Assembly: GCA_033549025.1 (NCBI GenBank)
Contig: JAWSUS010000005.1
Coordinates: 64,001-128,000 of the forward strand
Origin: Desulfuromonadales bacterium
GTDB taxonomy: Bacteria; Desulfobacterota; Desulfuromonadia; Desulfuromonadales; SZUA-540
DNA: 64,000 bases
Direction: 5' to 3'
The notes below the pieces were generated by a model. It was not told the DNA's origin and ran no database searches. It saw only the letters and a program-made list of their open reading frames with translations. Shown here one piece after another: positions 62,071-64,000 of this stretch (the first letter of the stretch is position 1; every line of letters begins with the position of its first letter). Position numbers and translations under genes: made by a program.

Positions 62071-64000
62071 TTGGATAAACAGGAGAAATGGGGACGTTAT
62101 CGCATTCGGTTCATTGGCCTGTGTTTTTTGCTGGCCTTTGTCCTGATTTCCGTCCGTGCCTTCAGTATCCAGGTTTTGAATCAGGAAGAATGGCGCAAAA
62201 GGGCCGAAAGGCAGCACCAGAAGGTCATCTCCCTGGCGCCCAAGCGGGGGGCGATTTTCGATGCCCATGGCGAGGAGATGGCGCTGAGCGTGGAAGTCGA
62301 CTCGATTTATGTCGATGCGCGCAAAGTGAAAGACCTGAACGGAGAGGCTCAGGCGCTGGCCAAGGCCCTGACGCTGCCCGTCGCCGCGGTCAAGGCCAAA
62401 CTGAGTTCAGGCAAAAGTTTTATCTGGCTCAAAAGGCGGGTCTCTCCCAAAGAGAGCGACAAGGTCAAGGCACTGAATCTGGCCAGCGTCGATTTCATCA
62501 AAGAGCATCGGCGCTATTACCCCAATGCGGAGATCGGCGCCCAGGTTATTGGATTTTCCGGCCTCGACCCCGAAGGGTTGGAGGGGGTTGAGCTTCGCTA
62601 CGATGCCATGATTCTTGGCCAGTCAGGATATCTGGTCACCGAAAAAGATGCTCTTGGGCGTGGTATGGGAGCGGGGGTTCAGCCATTGCAGGAACAAAGC
62701 CAGGGCTACAACGTCTATCTGACCCTGGACAAGAACCTCCAGTACATTGCCGAAAAAGAGTTGGCGGCGGGCATAGCGGCGGTCCAGGGTAAATCGGGGT
62801 CCGTTGTTGTGCTCGACCCGGAAACAGGGCGTGTGTTGGCCATGGCCAGCCAGCCCGACTATAACCCCAATTCGTTTTTCAATTACAAACCGGCCCAGTG
62901 GCGGAACCGGTCGATAACCGATGCTTTTGAGCCCGGTTCCACCTTCAAGGTGTTTCTTATCGCCGCCGCTTTGAATGAGGGGGTCATCAAGGCTTCTCAG
63001 AAAATTGACTGTGAGAACGGCAAGCTGGCAGTAGGCGGCAAGGTGATTCATGACCACCGCCCCTACGGAAAATTGAATGTCGGTGAGATTCTCAAGTTCA
63101 GCTCCAATGTGGGGTCGGCCAAAATAGGCAAAGCTCTGGAGCGCGAGCGTTATTACCGCTATATCCGGGACTTTGGCTTTGGCGACAAAACAGGCATTGA
63201 TCTGCCTGGCGAGGCGGAAGGGTTGATCCGCAAGCCGTCCGACTGGTTTGAAATCGATCTGGCGGCCATCTCCTTCGGACAGGGTTTGAGCGTGACGCCG
63301 ATTCAGCTGGTGGCAGCTACGGCGGCCCTGGCCAATGGCGGCAACCTGATGAAGCCCTATGTGGTCGACAGGGTGGTGGACACCAATGGGCAGATCATTA
63401 AAAAGAACAGCCCCCGCGTGGTTCGCCGGGTCGTTTCAGAGGATGTCGCCAGCCGGGTCCGCCAGATGATGGGCCAGGTAACGGAAGAGGGCGGCACCGG
63501 AACGATGGGGGCCGTGGCCGGTTATCGCGTCGGCGGCAAGACGGGAACGGCTCAGAAGGTCGATCCGGTTACAGGGGGATATTCAGCGGACAAGCGGGTT
63601 TCCTCTTTCGTCGGCCTGGTGCCAGTGGATGATCCCCGCCTGGTCATTCTGGTGGTGGTGGATGAACCGGAGGGGAAAGCCTATGGCGGACTGGTCGCGG
63701 CGCCGATTTTCTCGCGCATTGCCGCCAAGTCGCTCCACTATCTGAAGGTACCGGCCACGGCGCCGACCTACGTGGCCTCGACACCTCCCTCTGTGGAGGC
63801 TTCAGCCTTTCCGCTGAACAAAAACCTCAAGGCGGCCTGGAATGAAAACGGTCATGAAGGCGTGCGTATGCCGGATTGCCAGGGACAGAGTTACAGGCAG
63901 GTGCTCCAGACCATGGAAAGGACCGGCCTGAATATTCAGTTGAGAGGCAGCGGCCGCGTCGTGGAGCAGTCGCCCCGGCCGGGTGAACCGATTCGATACG
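62071..64000 (+). CDS. ftsI: Class B penicillin-binding protein FtsI (PBP3) with PASTA domain; runs off the 3' end
   Basis: Not in the ORF track. TTG start after GGGAG; TM; PKRGAIFD, RRYYP, GLEGVE, EPGSTFK (SxxK), SSN, GKTGTAQK. Confidence 0.93.
   Translation, partial: MDKQEKWGRYRIRFIGLCFLLAFVLISVRAFSIQVLNQEEWRKRAERQHQKVISLAPKRGAIFDAHGEEMALSVEVDSIYVDARKVKDLNGEAQALAKALTLPVAAVKAKLSSGKSFIWLKRRVSPKESDKVKALNLASVDFIKEHRRYYPNAEIGAQVIGFSGLDPEGLEGVELRYDAMILGQSGYLVTEKDALGRGMGAGVQPLQEQSQGYNVYLTLDKNLQYIAEKELAAGIAAVQGKSGSVVVLDPETGRVLAMASQPDYNPNSFFNYKPAQWRNRSITDAFEPGSTFKVFLIAAALNEGVIKASQKIDCENGKLAVGGKVIHDHRPYGKLNVGEILKFSSNVGSAKIGKALERERYYRYIRDFGFGDKTGIDLPGEAEGLIRKPSDWFEIDLAAISFGQGLSVTPIQLVAATAALANGGNLMKPYVVDRVVDTNGQIIKKNSPRVVRRVVSEDVASRVRQMMGQVTEEGGTGTMGAVAGYRVGGKTGTAQKVDPVTGGYSADKRVSSFVGLVPVDDPRLVILVVVDEPEGKAYGGLVAAPIFSRIAAKSLHYLKVPATAPTYVASTPPSVEASAFPLNKNLKAAWNENGHEGVRMPDCQGQSYRQVLQTMERTGLNIQLRGSGRVVEQSPRPGEPIRY

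Overview
GC-rich chromosomal window whose gene content and order suggest a Desulfuromonadales (Desulfuromonas/Geobacter-like) deltaproteobacterium. It is mostly core genome: the end of an Ehr-type (hydrogenase-related) operon, aroC, a liv-type ABC / IorAB / phenylacetate-CoA-ligase operon, serB-sfsA-tmcAL, lemA-TPM-TPM, clpS-clpA-aat, gap/fba, TPP-riboswitch-controlled thiDE-thiC, alr, purHD, cytochrome c biogenesis system II, ffh-rpsP-KH-rimM-trmD-rplS, rnhB, nadE, ligA and the start of the dcw cluster. I found no CRISPR array, tRNA, rRNA or IS element. The main observations not explained by the ORF track are: (1) an 83-aa AhpD-like selenoprotein (C-P-D-U, in-frame TGA, SECIS-like hairpin 11 nt downstream) at 1203-1454(-); (2) a self-contained ~88-nt candidate sRNA gene with its own promoter, terminator and anti-Shine-Dalgarno tract at 13341-13428(-); (3) a J-domain protein with four 29-aa-period MshEN-like (c-di-GMP-binding-type) repeats beside clpSA-aat and a GGDEF-EAL gene; (4) an in-frame LivF-PaaK fusion; (5) an extra small membrane-protein gene between ftsL and ftsI. 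All functional calls come from motif recognition by eye; no searches were run.
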